Shown here one piece after another: positions 1 through 11,237 of a stretch of DNA of 26,124 nt. Below the pieces are notes generated by a model. That model worked only from the letters and a program-made list of their open reading frames with translations, made no database searches and had not been told where the DNA came from. Location: the NCBI RefSeq assembly GCF_006345805.1, contig NW_021835589.1, forward strand, positions 1-26,124, read 5' to 3'. The DNA is from Octopus sinensis (taxonomy: Eukaryota). Position 1 is the stretch's first letter. Each line of letters opens with the position of its first letter. The position numbers and the translations under genes were made by a program.

Positions 1-99
1 GACAAAAGACAGAGAGACAGAGAGGCAGAGAGGGAAAGAGACAGAGAGGGAAATATAGACAGGCAGAGGCAGAAAATGAAAGATATAGGGAGAGAGAGG

Positions 100-154
<55 letters not shown>

Positions 155-281
155 CAGAGATAGATAGAGAGAGACAAAGACAGAGAGACAGAGAGACAGA
201 GACAGAGAGAGACAGAGAGAGACAGAGAGAGACATACAGACAGGCATAAGTAGAAAGTGACAGAGTGAGATAGAAACAGGA

Positions 282-326
<45 letters not shown>

Positions 327-600
327 CGAAAAGCAGACAGACTGATAGACATGGAAAGATAGACAGCGATAGATAGATAAATAGAGAGAGAGGGAGAGAC
401 AGGGAGAGACAGGAGATAAAGGAGAGAGAAAGGAGTTTAGAGATAGAGGCTTTATATGAATACGTAGAGGAGAGAATAACGGCAAGAATCAGGTTTAAGT
501 AAGAGAGAGAGAGAAAAAGAGGAGGAGGAAGAGTGCTAGAGAGGAGGAGTGAGAGGGAGAGAGGAAGAGGGAGCGTGTGAAAGGTGGGAGAGAAGAGGAG
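1..600. repeat. Polypurine (GA)n/(GACA)n/(GATA)n compound microsatellite
   Basis: Long gaga/gaca/gata runs seen directly; almost no pyrimidines on the + strand. Confidence 0.95.
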
Positions 601-707
601 AAGGCCCGATTGTTAATGGAAGCATTTGATTCCGGCTTTGATTGACGCTAGCAAGTGGCTTGGCCTTGCTTCTTTGTTACCTCGTCGTGTTGCTGGTTTT
701 AGTGATG

Positions 708-765
708 TTATCATTATTATTATTATTATATTATTATATTATTATTATTATTATTATTATTATTA
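708..765. repeat. (TTA)n microsatellite, followed by degenerate GGT/GAT-rich low-complexity sequence and a G14 run at 998-1011
   Basis: Seen directly. Confidence 0.9.
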
Positions 766-1163
766 GTTGTTGTGGTGGTGGTGGCGATGATGTTAGCAGT
801 AGTAGTAGTGGCGGTGGTGGTTATGAAGGTGAATGTAGCGGTGGTAGTGGCTTGGTAGGGTTTGGCGTGGAGGTTGTGGTAGTCATAGCGGTTTTGATTT
901 GTGTAGTGTTTAGTAATATTGGTGTCAGTACAGGGTAGTACTAGCGATTATAGTATTTCATGTTGGCGATGCTGATGCAATGGTGTTCCAATTATGTGGG
1001 GGGGGGGGGGGTGAAACGTTGATAATGGCTGAAGCGTCGGTGTCGGAGATGAAAACGATGATGGCGGAGATGTTGGTGATGGATGGTCTTAAGAATATAC
1101 ATCGTCGTAATGTTGGTTATTGAGACCCAGATCATTCCAGAATGTAGAAGAATTGTATTCAAA

Positions 1164-1389
1164 TACGAATGGGTGTTGAAAAAGTTCCTGGCTTTGTTTA
1201 AAAGAAAGAAAATACAGGAGGATTAGTTAATTATGATTTTATTCACATATTCCCCTCTCAGATTGACACACTTATTGCAGTGGTCCTTCAGTTTTTCTAA
1301 GCCCTGTAAAAGAACTCGGATGGTTTGGGCCACCAAAAGGACCTTTCGTTATACCCTTAAAGCCAGGGTCTTTTCAGCACTTCCTCGTA
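1164..1389 (-). mobile_element. Mariner-derived MITE, copy 1 (~226 bp, ~30-bp imperfect TIRs, TA at both ends)
   Basis: Left end tacgaatgggtgttgaaaaagttcctggcttt; right end reverse complement tacgaggaagtgctgaaaagaccctggcttt. The minus strand reads WWPKPSEFF/LQGLEKLKDHCNKCVNLRGEYV (1-nt frameshift), like a mariner transposase C-terminus. A second copy lies at 5273-5492. Confidence 0.85.
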
Positions 1390-1631
1390 TGTTCCAGCCA
1401 AGACAATAACTTGTATGCCTTTAGTGGAATCCAATCTATTGTAAGTAATTTTAAGACACCTTTTTTCCGTGCCGTCACCTCTAAAGTTCAGTAACCTTGT
1501 AAAATGTCGTGCGCGTTACTCTTATTTCCAAACTAAAATACGAAGACAAGCTGTTGCATGTTCTCAAAAATTGTAGATTGGAGGACGGCGCAAGGGAGTT
1601 TCGGGGAAGGAGACAACTTGATTACATCAGC

Positions 1632-1722
1632 TCCAGTGTTATCGACCCTAAAAATGGAAAAGTCAATCTTGGCTAAGTTTGAACTCAGAACGTAAAGACG
1701 GTCAAATACGGTTAAGCATTTT
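1632..1722 (-). mobile_element. Degenerate fragment of tRNA-derived SINE family A
   Basis: ttatcgaccc...tttgaactcagaacgtaaagacgg...taagcattt matches the copies at 7414-7636 and 24582-24812. Confidence 0.75.
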
Positions 1723-1731
1723 TCATATTTG

Positions 1732-1732
<1 letters not shown>

Positions 1733-1808
<76 letters not shown>

Positions 1809-1825
1809 TGATAGATAGATAGATA
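1733..1825. repeat. (TA)n then (GATA)n microsatellite
   Basis: Seen directly. Confidence 0.95.
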
Positions 1826-1831
1826 TCTGGA

Positions 1832-1902
1832 TGGCCGGATAACTGAAGCGATGGTGTTGTGGATTCCCCCTCGGCATCCGAAACTCAGTTTTATCTTGGC
1901 TA
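1832..1902 (+). ncRNA. Decayed type I hammerhead-ribozyme-like fold, possibly a Penelope-like element terminal-repeat remnant
   Basis: Stem I gataa/ttatc (extends imperfectly to tggccg/tggcta), core CTGAAGC (canonical CUGANGA), stem II gatg/catc, GAAA, minimal stem III ac-tca-gt, then T at the cleavage position. Confidence 0.45.
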
Positions 1903-1997
1903 CCGAATAATTGTCACATATTATATTTACAGATAATTCCTCTATTTACATAATATCGAGGTCTCTTCTTTCTTTTGTTATCTTACCTTTTTTCCCA

Positions 1998-2141
1998 ATA
2001 TATATTATATATATAATTTTATATATATATTATATTGTGTGAAATTTTTGTTTAGTATTTCTAAATTGAAATTGTTACCCTGCAGGTTTTGATTAATATT
2101 CCCTCAAATAATTATATATATATATATTATATATATAATAT

Positions 2142-2193
<52 letters not shown>

Positions 2194-2270
2194 CATGCGT
2201 GTGTGTGTGCTTGTGGTGTGTGTGTGTGTGCTTGTGTGTGAGCGTGTGTATGTGCGTGTGTGTACGAGTG
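1998..2270. repeat. (TA)n/(TG)n compound microsatellite with a short unique interruption
   Basis: Seen directly. Confidence 0.9.
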
Positions 2271-2287
2271 TATGCCTTTTTGTTATA

Positions 2288-2470
2288 TTGTCTGTCCCTC
2301 ATCACTGCTAGAAAATACTTTTGGGCTACTTACGGTACCGCAACTCTCCTGTTCGTCAAAAGTGTCCGATAAAATAGGTGCCAGACGTACCAATAAATAT
2401 CTGGCGCTTATTTCCTTGACGAAACATCTCACGGCGTTGCTCCAGCATGACCGCATTGACTGTAACAAAT
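2288..2470 (+). mobile_element. Diverged 3' half of SINE family B
   Basis: gttcgtcaaaagtgtccgataaaatagg...ggcgttgctccagcatgaccgca...tgactgtaacaaat aligns by eye with the 3' part of the 14756-15176 copy; it is preceded by a TA/TG tract as in that copy. Confidence 0.7.
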
Positions 2471-2866
2471 GGCATGGTAACAAATAACAAGGCAACGTCC
2501 ATATTGGCATTCTCGGCCAAGATGCAATGTTTCAATGGCGCCGCTGATTTAATTTACTCGTTTTTTCCGAGAAATTATTGGTGCTAATGTTACCAATTTA
2601 AATGTGTGTTACTTGTGATGCTAAGGTTGATGGCAACGATAATGATAACGAAGGGAATAGTAAATTAATTGTGATTCTGGATGCTGGCGGGAGTGCGGAG
2701 GTGGGTGGTGGTTGTAGTTGCGGTGATGTGTGGAATCGGTGTCAATGGTCGATGCAGCAGCAGATTTAGAGTTTCAATAACATCGAGGTAGAGATTCAGA
2801 AAAAGGGAATACATTTTATTTGCTTTTGTACTTGCATCCACTTTGCACTAGCTTCCGCGAAAATTA

Positions 2867-2896
2867 CTTTACTACTACTACTAAATACTACTACTT

Positions 2897-2956
<60 letters not shown>

Positions 2957-3058
2957 TATAATAATAATAATAATATAATAATAATAATAATAATAATAAT
3001 CAAATGATGAAATAATAATAATAATAATAATAATAGAAATAATAATAATAATAATAGA

Positions 3059-3089
<31 letters not shown>

Positions 3090-3228
3090 TAATAATAATA
3101 ATAATAATAATAATAATGATGATAATAATAATAATATAATAATAATAATATAATAATAATATAATGATAATAATAATAATAATAATAATGATGATAATAA
3201 TAATAATGATAATAATAATATAATAATA

Positions 3229-3264
<36 letters not shown>

Positions 3265-3343
3265 TAATAATAATAATAATAATAATAATGATGATAATAA
3301 TAATAATGATAATAATAATAATAATAATAATTATATTATTATT
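2867..3343. repeat. (CTA)n then ~370 bp (TAA)n array ending in a short inverted (TTA) stretch
   Basis: Seen directly; abuts the 5' junction of the LINE fragment. Confidence 0.95.
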
Positions 3344-3949
3344 AGGAATATATATTCACAGACATGACAGAGTTGGAACTTACATACATTGGAAGCTATG
3401 CCAACATTATGGAATAACAACAGAAAAAAGATGGTATAGGCACACACCAGAAAAGGTCACAGAAAACGAGAAAGCAACCATACTCTGGGATATGCCGATA
3501 CACACAGATAGAGAAATTAAGGCCAACAGACCAGATATAGTTGTCAGAGACCATGAAGAAAAAAAATGCTTTCTAATTGATGTATCAGTACCGGCAGATG
3601 ACAACGTGTCTCTAAAAGAAATGGAGAAACTCTCAAAATACAAAGACCTGGAAATAGAGGTAACTAGAATGTGGAATCTGAAAACAGAAACAATTCCTAT
3701 CATAGTAGGTGCATTAGGCATGATAAAAAAATATTCAGACAAATACATACAAACAAAAACACAAGGACTTACAAACACATATAACATACAGAAAATTGCA
3801 CTACTAGGCACTGCACACATCCTACGCAGAACACTTTCCATACAATAACCATCAGAGCATCACAACAAATCACAGCACATACCCAAGGCACACAGAGCCG
3901 CGCTCGGTAGTGAAGTGAAAGCACGCTATAAAAATAAAAATAACACTGA

Positions 3950-3952
<3 letters not shown>
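3344..3952 (+). mobile_element. 5'-truncated R4/Dong-clade non-LTR retrotransposon: restriction-like endonuclease (RLE) domain plus ~100-nt 3' UTR
   Basis: Open frame to stop at 3848 with RHD (IHRHDRV), ILWD..I.TD, RPDIV, LIDVSVP, EKLSKYKDL and PIIVGALG, the typical RLE motifs of R4-type elements. Flanked by (TAA)n on both sides, as known for Dong. Confidence 0.9.
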
Positions 3953-3990
<38 letters not shown>

Positions 3991-4079
3991 TAATATAATA
4001 ATAATAATAATAATGATAATAATAATATAATATAATATCGTTGACGATGACGACGACTACTACAATGACGATGCTGATA

Positions 4080-4121
<42 letters not shown>
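3953..4121. repeat. (TAA)n then (GAC)/(GAT)n microsatellite
   Basis: Seen directly. Confidence 0.9.
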
Positions 4122-4164
4122 AATGTTGATGGTTTTCAAATATTTGGCTCAATGCAAAGAAAGT

Positions 4165-4290
4165 CAGAGGAGGAACGTAAGTCGATTACGTCGACGCCAG
4201 TGCACAACAGGTACATATTATATCGACCCCCGAAAGCACGAATAGCAAAGTCTTCCTCGACAACAGTCTGAATTCCGAAACAGGTAAGAG
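4165..4290 (-). mobile_element. Degenerate SINE family A fragment
   Basis: taagtcgattacgtcgacgccagtgcacaacaggtac...atcgacccccgaaag...gcaaagtc matches the family A body. Confidence 0.75.
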
Positions 4291-4659
4291 ATAAAAGGTA
4301 ATGTGCGTGCGTGAGCTTGCGTGCGGGACGGTGAGTCTGTACTTGAAGAGTACGTGTGCTTGAAGTGATTTGGCTTTCAATTTTTATACATTATTCAATA
4401 ATCTCATACTACCACCCACCCCCGCTCCTCCTCCTCCTCATCCTCCTCTTTCTCCTCCTCCGTGTTTCTAGATAATTTCCATGGCGCCGGGGAAATAAAC
4501 AATTCAGTGAGATTACATAAAATCTACAATACAACATGGCGGCTGTCATTGCTGACATGAGTTTAAATATTTGACAAATATGTCTTATAGGATTCAGACA
4601 CACTGTTTATCTTTCCACCTGTCTATCTCAAGTGTTTTCGCACTTTCCTATCCGCATCT

Positions 4660-4815
4660 TTCTGTCTGTCTGTCTGTTTGCCCGTCTTTTCTGTCTGTCT
4701 CCCTCTCTCTCTCTCTCCCTCTCTCTTTACATCCTTGTCTTTCCACCTCTTGCTGAATATGTGTACATACATACAAGCATGCATACGCAATTATTAAACA
4801 TGCATATGTAAATAT

Positions 4816-4895
<80 letters not shown>

Positions 4896-4990
4896 GAGAG
4901 AGAGAGAGAGAGAGAGATACACACATACACATATTGTATATATATGTAGTTATGTTATGTATGTATGTGTGCATGTATGTATGCAAGTAA
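4660..4990. repeat. (TCTG)/(TC), (TA)n, (GA)n and (TATG)n compound microsatellite
   Basis: Seen directly. Confidence 0.9.
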
Positions 4991-5272
4991 GTATGAAGGT
5001 ATATTAAAAATTCTCTGCAAAAATTTACTAAGGAATTAGTTAGTTATGTTGAATTTTCTTAAGATATAACTCGAAATAAAACAGAGATTAATATATGTAA
5101 ATATATGCGTCTGCATGTGTGCATGTTAATGTATGTGTATATATATATACGCACAAACACCAAACACACATACACGGAATTTACTTAGAGGTAAGGCAAA
5201 ATATAAGACCATTCAATACCTGTCAACGAAGGTAATTTATTTTGTGAAGTGACGGAATGAGATATGCTCTAA

Positions 5273-5492
5273 TATGAGAGTGTACCGAAAAGGTCATGGC
5301 TTTGGATAAAAGAAAATACAGGCGGAACAGTTAATTATGATTTTATTCAACAAATTTCCCTCTCAGATTCACGCTCTTATTGCAGTGGTCCTTCATTTCT
5401 TCTAAGCCCAGTAAAGGAACTTAGAATGTTGGGCCTTCAACCAGGCCTTTCACGACTCCCTAAAGCCTGGAAATTTTCAGCGCCCCTTCTTA
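5273..5492 (-). mobile_element. Mariner-derived MITE, copy 2
   Basis: Collinear with 1164-1389 (aaagaaaatacagg...gttaattatgattttattca...ccctctcagatt...cttattgcagtggtccttca...tctaagccc); degenerate TIRs; TA at both ends. Confidence 0.85.
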
Positions 5493-5493
5493 C

Positions 5494-5749
5494 CTTTTTC
5501 ACACATACACAAAGTGCGTCTTCGAATGCATATTGGCGAGCAATGAGTGAGTTACACATTCCGAGTATAGAAGAAAGCCATTGGATGTTACGTAAAGCTC
5601 GTCCCACTGTTAAGTTCCATTCACGTGGTGGATCCAGGAGTACAGACTTTTGAATGGGTATAAGGGTACGAGAGGAGACTGACAACGGGGAAGATAGTTT
5701 CGCAGTTCTTCGTGGTAACTCAAAATTTTCAGTAAACATACTTGAATAT
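5494..5749 (-). CDS. Candidate internal coding exon of an unidentified minus-strand gene (256 nt)
   Basis: Acceptor ctattttAG|at and donor aag|GTAAG (alternative tgt|GTATGT just upstream). Stop-free frame YSSMFTENFELPRR...LDPPREWNLTVGRALRNIQWLSSILGMCNSLIARQYAFEDALCVCVKK; non-repetitive and appears GC-richer than the flanks. No protein family recognised. Confidence 0.4.
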
Positions 5750-7413
5750 CTAAAATAGCGTTACCATTTACAGTCTTAATATTGTTTTCTTTTGCTGTCA
5801 GTGGTAAGTTCAGATTGCTAGTAAATGTAGACAGCAGAGGTTCCCATCTATTTTGCGCTTGAAATTATGGCTACACACACACACACACACACACGAACAC
5901 ACACACACACATCACACGTATACAGACACTCACATGCATACATGAACGTATGACAGACAAATTCATACACAGAACAGGAACAAATTAATAACAAATATTA
6001 TATTAGTTTAATGAGTAAAAGACAACAGAAAAGGCTTAACTCTTCAGACGTTAATACTTTATCAAAAGAAAAGCATAGAAGTTTTGAAAAATACGAAAAG
6101 TTGCTAAGATGAAAAAATAGAAGAGAATTGTGGACATGTGGGATGCCTTTCTTTGCAGGATTTATGAACAAAGAAATAGCGAGTTTGTGTACACATTTAG
6201 GGATGAAAGCAACATAAAATATCTCATAAAAATAGAGTTAACTTCTTTTGCATAGGGAAAAATGCACGATCCCTTAATATGCATAAAACCTGTAAACAAA
6301 CGTGTATGAAGTCACATTTACCCCTGCGAGACCAAACCTTGATATTCTGCTAAATACGTAAGTATGTTAGAAAGAATATTTAAACAACGAAATATAATCT
6401 TATTTCTTTTAGAACAACGCAAAAACGAAACACTATACGACTACATATTTTTTTTTGTTTTGGTGGGAAACTTAATCCGTATATGATTGAGGTTTCTCTT
6501 TTGAGGTGTATGCTTTATCTCCTTACGACAAACTCTGACGAGGTAAACGTAGTGAACGTTACTCTTCCTTCACTGAAATAGTGACATTAAGTTCTGGAGA
6601 TTGAAAGAACATACTATTGATTTCAGAACTAAGTGAAAGATGGTAGAGTATTGCAAATCATTTCGAAATTTGTGAAAAATTTTGCAGCTAATAATGCAGC
6701 TAAGAAATATCACATATTTAAAAATTCTAATAAACCTGGAAACTATGGCGATAGAGCAGAAATATTTAATAAGTATCTCCACACCGACAAATGCCACGTC
6801 GGAAATCTTGACAATAATATACTACATAAATGAAAGAAGCAAAAATCAATTTTTACTAAAATTCTTACATTTTCTAGTACCCTCTTCGAATGAAACAATT
6901 AATCAGCATTTTTAATCCTACAGTTTAATATAATACATTATTCCACGTGCTCCGCGCCTCCTCCTTTCCGATTAGAAAGTGGTTCAAAATCTTTTACCCC
7001 AGAAATTTGCACACTTTTTTGTATTACCCAGCTATAATTTTAACAAGTTACAATTAATTGCTATCTTATCATAAAAATCTAATGCATATTCCAGTTGTCT
7101 GACTTTTACGGTAATTTGTGAATAATTAAAAAGCAAGTCCTAAGTAGACATACATAAATACATACAAATGTAGCGTAGAGAATTCTGCAAAGACATCCAC
7201 AAATGTTCCGAACGTTTGCCAGAACACACACACAGATACACACATACAAACACATCCACACACTCACCAACCAAGCCTAAACCACCACACACGCACACAC
7301 GCGCACACACACACTCGCGCGCGAAGGCACATGTATATATATCTGTTTGGGTCTTGTTTGGATGGTTGTGTAACCTAGCATGTGTGTGTACACCGTGTGT
7401 ATATAATATATAT

Positions 7414-7636
7414 ATTTCTTTATTGCCCACAAGTGGCTAAACATAGAGGAGACAAACAAGGACAGAGAAAGGGATTAAGTCGATTACACCGACCCCAGTG
7501 CGTAACTGGTTCTTATTTAATCGACCCCGAAAGGATGAAAAGCAAACTCGACCTCGGCTGAATTTGAACTCAGAACGTAATGGCAAACGAAATACCGCTA
7601 AGCATTTCGCCCGGCGCGCTAACGATTCTGCCAGCT
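7414..7636 (-). mobile_element. Near full-length tRNA-derived SINE family A
   Basis: Reverse complement of the head and first unit at 18381-18618; B-box-like gagttcaaattc; central gctttcatcctttcggggtcgat-type domain. Confidence 0.9.
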
Positions 7637-7849
7637 TTCAACTTGTGTGTATATATAACATAGTGAGTATATAGTGCGTATATATTATGCAATCCTCTTT
7701 TCTCTCATTTTATATAGGCAAGGGAGTTCTGCTAAATCTGGGAGGAGTTGTCTCCAAGCGAAATTCATCCATTTGTTTCGCATAAAAATGAAGGAAATGA
7801 AAGAAGCTCTTCTCCCCCTCGTTCTCCTCCTCTCCTTACATCTGGCTCA

Positions 7850-8228
7850 TCACTATAATTATTCTTATCCTCCTTCTCCTCTCCCACATTATCATCATTA
7901 TTGTTGTCGTCACCATCACCACCGGCATCAACATCATCTTCATCATTGTCATCCTCATCCTCCTCTCCTGCTCCTCTCCTCCTCCCCCTCCGCCTACTCC
8001 ACATTTCCTCCTCCTCCTCCTCATCATCATCAGCATCATCACCATCAAAATCATTGTCACAATCCTTATCGTCATCGTCATATCATCATTATTACCACTA
8101 TCAGCAGTGGCGGCGGCAGCAGCAGCAGCAACAGCGGCAGCAATGGCAGGTGCAGCAGCGATAACGACAAAAAAATCATCACCTCCGCCATCTTTACTAT
8201 CATAATATTTGTTACTATTATTACTATT

Positions 8229-8268
<40 letters not shown>

Positions 8269-8396
8269 ATTATTATCATTATAATAATTATTATTATTAC
8301 CATTATTATTATTAATTATTATTATTATATTATTATTATCATATTCATCATCACCATCATCATCATCATCATTATTATTATTATTATCATTATTAC

Positions 8397-8428
<32 letters not shown>

Positions 8429-8451
8429 ATAATATTAATAATAAAAATAAA

Positions 8452-8489
<38 letters not shown>

Positions 8490-8563
8490 CAACAATAATA
8501 ACAACAACAACAACAACAATAACAGCAACAACAATAATAACAATAAGAGCCACAGCAACAACA
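7850..8563. repeat. Compound trinucleotide low-complexity block (CAT/CCT/CAG/TTA/AAT/AAC)
   Basis: Seen directly; source of spurious poly-H, poly-I and poly-N ORFs. Confidence 0.9.
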
Positions 8564-8852
8564 TTTATCTTCTTAGTGTTTGTGTTGTTGAATCTGCCGT
8601 TTTATAGTAGAAAATCTATATAAAAGTGTCAACGATAAATCTTCTTATTTACCTTCCTGTCAATGTGTTGTCTGTTAATGTTTTTATTTTTCCATCATGA
8701 TCACAATCATCATCATCATCAGCATTCTCCTCCTGATCAACATTCGTAACACCAACACCACTAACAACAATAACAAATAGATAACAACAAATAGACACAT
8801 CATCATCACCATCACCAGCATCCTCATTACTAACATTAGTACTGTATATTCA

Positions 8853-9100
8853 TCTTCTTCTTCTTCTTCTTCTTCTTCTTCTTCTTCTTCTTCTTCTTCT
8901 TCTTCTTCTTCTTCTTCTTCTTCTTCTTCTTCTTCTTCTTCTTCTTCTTCTTCTTCTTCTCATCATCATCATCATTATTATTATTATTAGTATTATTATT
9001 ATCAAATTCTTCTTCTTCTTCTTCTTATTATTATTATTCTTATTATTCTTATTATTATTATCATTATGATTATTATTATTGTTGTTGTTGTTGGTGTTGT
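8853..9100. repeat. Pure (TTC)n of about 105 bp followed by (CAT)/(TTA)/(TTG)
   Basis: Seen directly. Confidence 0.95.
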
Positions 9101-9529
9101 TCTATCTGTTATTGGTGGTGTTTCTGTTTCTTGGTTTTTGTTGTCGTTGATTTGCTTCCAGCAGCAGCAGTAGCAGCAGCAGCAGACGTGGCTGCGGCGT
9201 ACTGTCTGATTAGCGGAAATCATAAGTATTGGCGTTGACGTCTCTTAGGGGAGGTAATTGTCAACACCTTTCCGAAACAATCGTCAGGAAACAGATATCG
9301 CCTTCACAACCAGCTTCACCGCTACCCCCGCCACAAACATCATCATCATCATCAACATCATCATCATCATCATCATCGCCACTATCGTCATCATCATCTT
9401 CATTGTCGTCATCATGACCGCATTGATGTGTGCTGAGAATGATCACTCTATATCGTATAGTATGTGTGGTTCTGTATGTGTAGGCTTGTAGTTAACTACA
9501 ATGTTCTCTGTAGATATATATGAATGAAT

Positions 9530-9569
<40 letters not shown>

Positions 9570-9912
9570 TGTGTGTGTGTGTATGTGTGTGTGTGTTTGA
9601 TTCAAGATGAAAATATGTGTTGGAATACAGATAATGGAATTCATATTTTTCAATTTACAAGACGAACGAAACGAATATGCATGCTTGCGCATTCGTATTT
9701 ATGTATACGTATATGTACAAATATATGTTATATGCACACAAACACACACACACACACTTATGCATATTCATAGGTACATATGTACGTATATGTATATATA
9801 TATATTTACATATTAATACATATATATATATGTTTGTGTGTATGCATATATGTACACAGACATTTGTATATATTATATACATATATGTATATATGTGTAT
9901 GTATGTGCGTAC

Positions 9913-9992
<80 letters not shown>

Positions 9993-10168
9993 GTCTGTCT
10001 GTCTGTCTGTCTATCTGTCTGTCTGTCTTTCTATATATGTATATATATATATATGTGTATGTATATAAACACATATACACATATGCCGTACGTTTATCTA
10101 TATGTGTGTGTGTGTGTTTGCGTGCATATACACATATATCTGTACATATATATGTATATATATAGATA
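9530..10168. repeat. (TA)/(TG)/(TATC)/(TCTG) compound microsatellite
   Basis: Seen directly. Confidence 0.9.
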
Positions 10169-10207
10169 CATAGGAATGCGCAACCATGTATATTTGTTTT
10201 GTTCGTC

Positions 10208-10595
10208 TTGTTCTTCCATCACGATAACGCTCGGCCACATACACAGCGAGTTGACATTCCAAATGCTGGAACAGTTTGAATGGGAAACGATGCCCAACCC
10301 ACGATATTCGCCGGACATTGCCCCAACTGATTATCATTTATTCCACAATCTTCAAAATCATATTTGGACGGAAAACAATATGGATTCTATAGACGTCGTC
10401 ACAGCAGTACGGGAGGTGTACTTTTCATCACGGACAAGCGAATTTTGGAAGAGGGGACTTGCATTCTATCAAACAGATGGAAGAGCATTGTAAAAAATTA
10501 ATGAAAGTATAAATTAGATGAAAAAGAATTTAGATTTTCTTTTAGTTTTCCAAAATAACAGATAAAAGACAGTATTACTTATGCGATGACACAAT
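10208..10595 (+). mobile_element. Mariner (D34D) transposase 3' fragment, frameshifted, with probable right TIR
   Basis: LFFHHDNARPHT then WETMPNPRYSPDIAPTDYHLF...FWKRGL. The two catalytic Asp codons (10223, 10329) are 106 nt apart, i.e. D34D plus a 1-nt insertion. TIR-like end ttacttatgcgatgacacaat. Confidence 0.92.
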
Positions 10596-10633
10596 GCACA
10601 CACAGACACATATATATATGTATATATTCACTC

Positions 10634-10664
<31 letters not shown>

Positions 10665-10874
10665 ACTCAGAGAGTCAAAGAGTGAGAGAGATAGGGGAAG
10701 CGAGAGATGATGAAGCAGTGATAGTAAATATATAATATATATATATATATTATATATATATATACATGTGTGTGTGTGTGTGTGTGTGGTGTGTGGTGTG
10801 TGTATAGGCAAAAATAAGCATAGATATGCAGCGAGCGAGACTGCAGAGGTGATATAGACTGTGCCATTCACATA

Positions 10875-11176
10875 AACTGGCACTTGTGTATACAAACAGC
10901 TATTAACTCATACAACCACACAGATATGTATTCAAACACACACGCACACACACTAACACACATGCACTTTTACACACTCACACACACGTGTACATATGAT
11001 CTATCGGTTCATTGAAATTTTCCTCGTTTACGTTCTCTATCAATTTTGTCTTTTACTAAATCACAATAGAAAACGGAATTAATGCAAAACATCAAAATGA
11101 CTGTCTCAGCTAAGAATACGTTAGGCTTTTGATATGTGTGATTCTAGATTGAGATTTACATGGCGACACATTCTAC

Positions 11177-11237
<61 letters not shown>

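Noticed and set aside
642-938. 98-aa ORF with an apparent hydrophobic N-terminus
   Set aside because: Produced by (TTA)n and GGT-rich low-complexity sequence, with a TTG start; no domain
998-1011. G14 run as a G-quadruplex element
   Set aside because: An isolated homopolymer of uncertain length with no supporting context
3261-3343. N-terminal poly-Ile part of the 195-aa ORF
   Set aside because: Read-through of the (TAA)n array; only the part from about 3344 is real LINE coding sequence
7674-8607. Overlapping His-, Ser-, Ile- and Asn-rich ORFs
   Set aside because: Trinucleotide repeats keep several frames open on both strands, which is typical of artefacts
9677-10207. YI/LSIY-repeat ORFs, including the first part of the 237-aa ORF
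   Set aside because: Translations of TA and TATC repeats; only the distal part is mariner transposase
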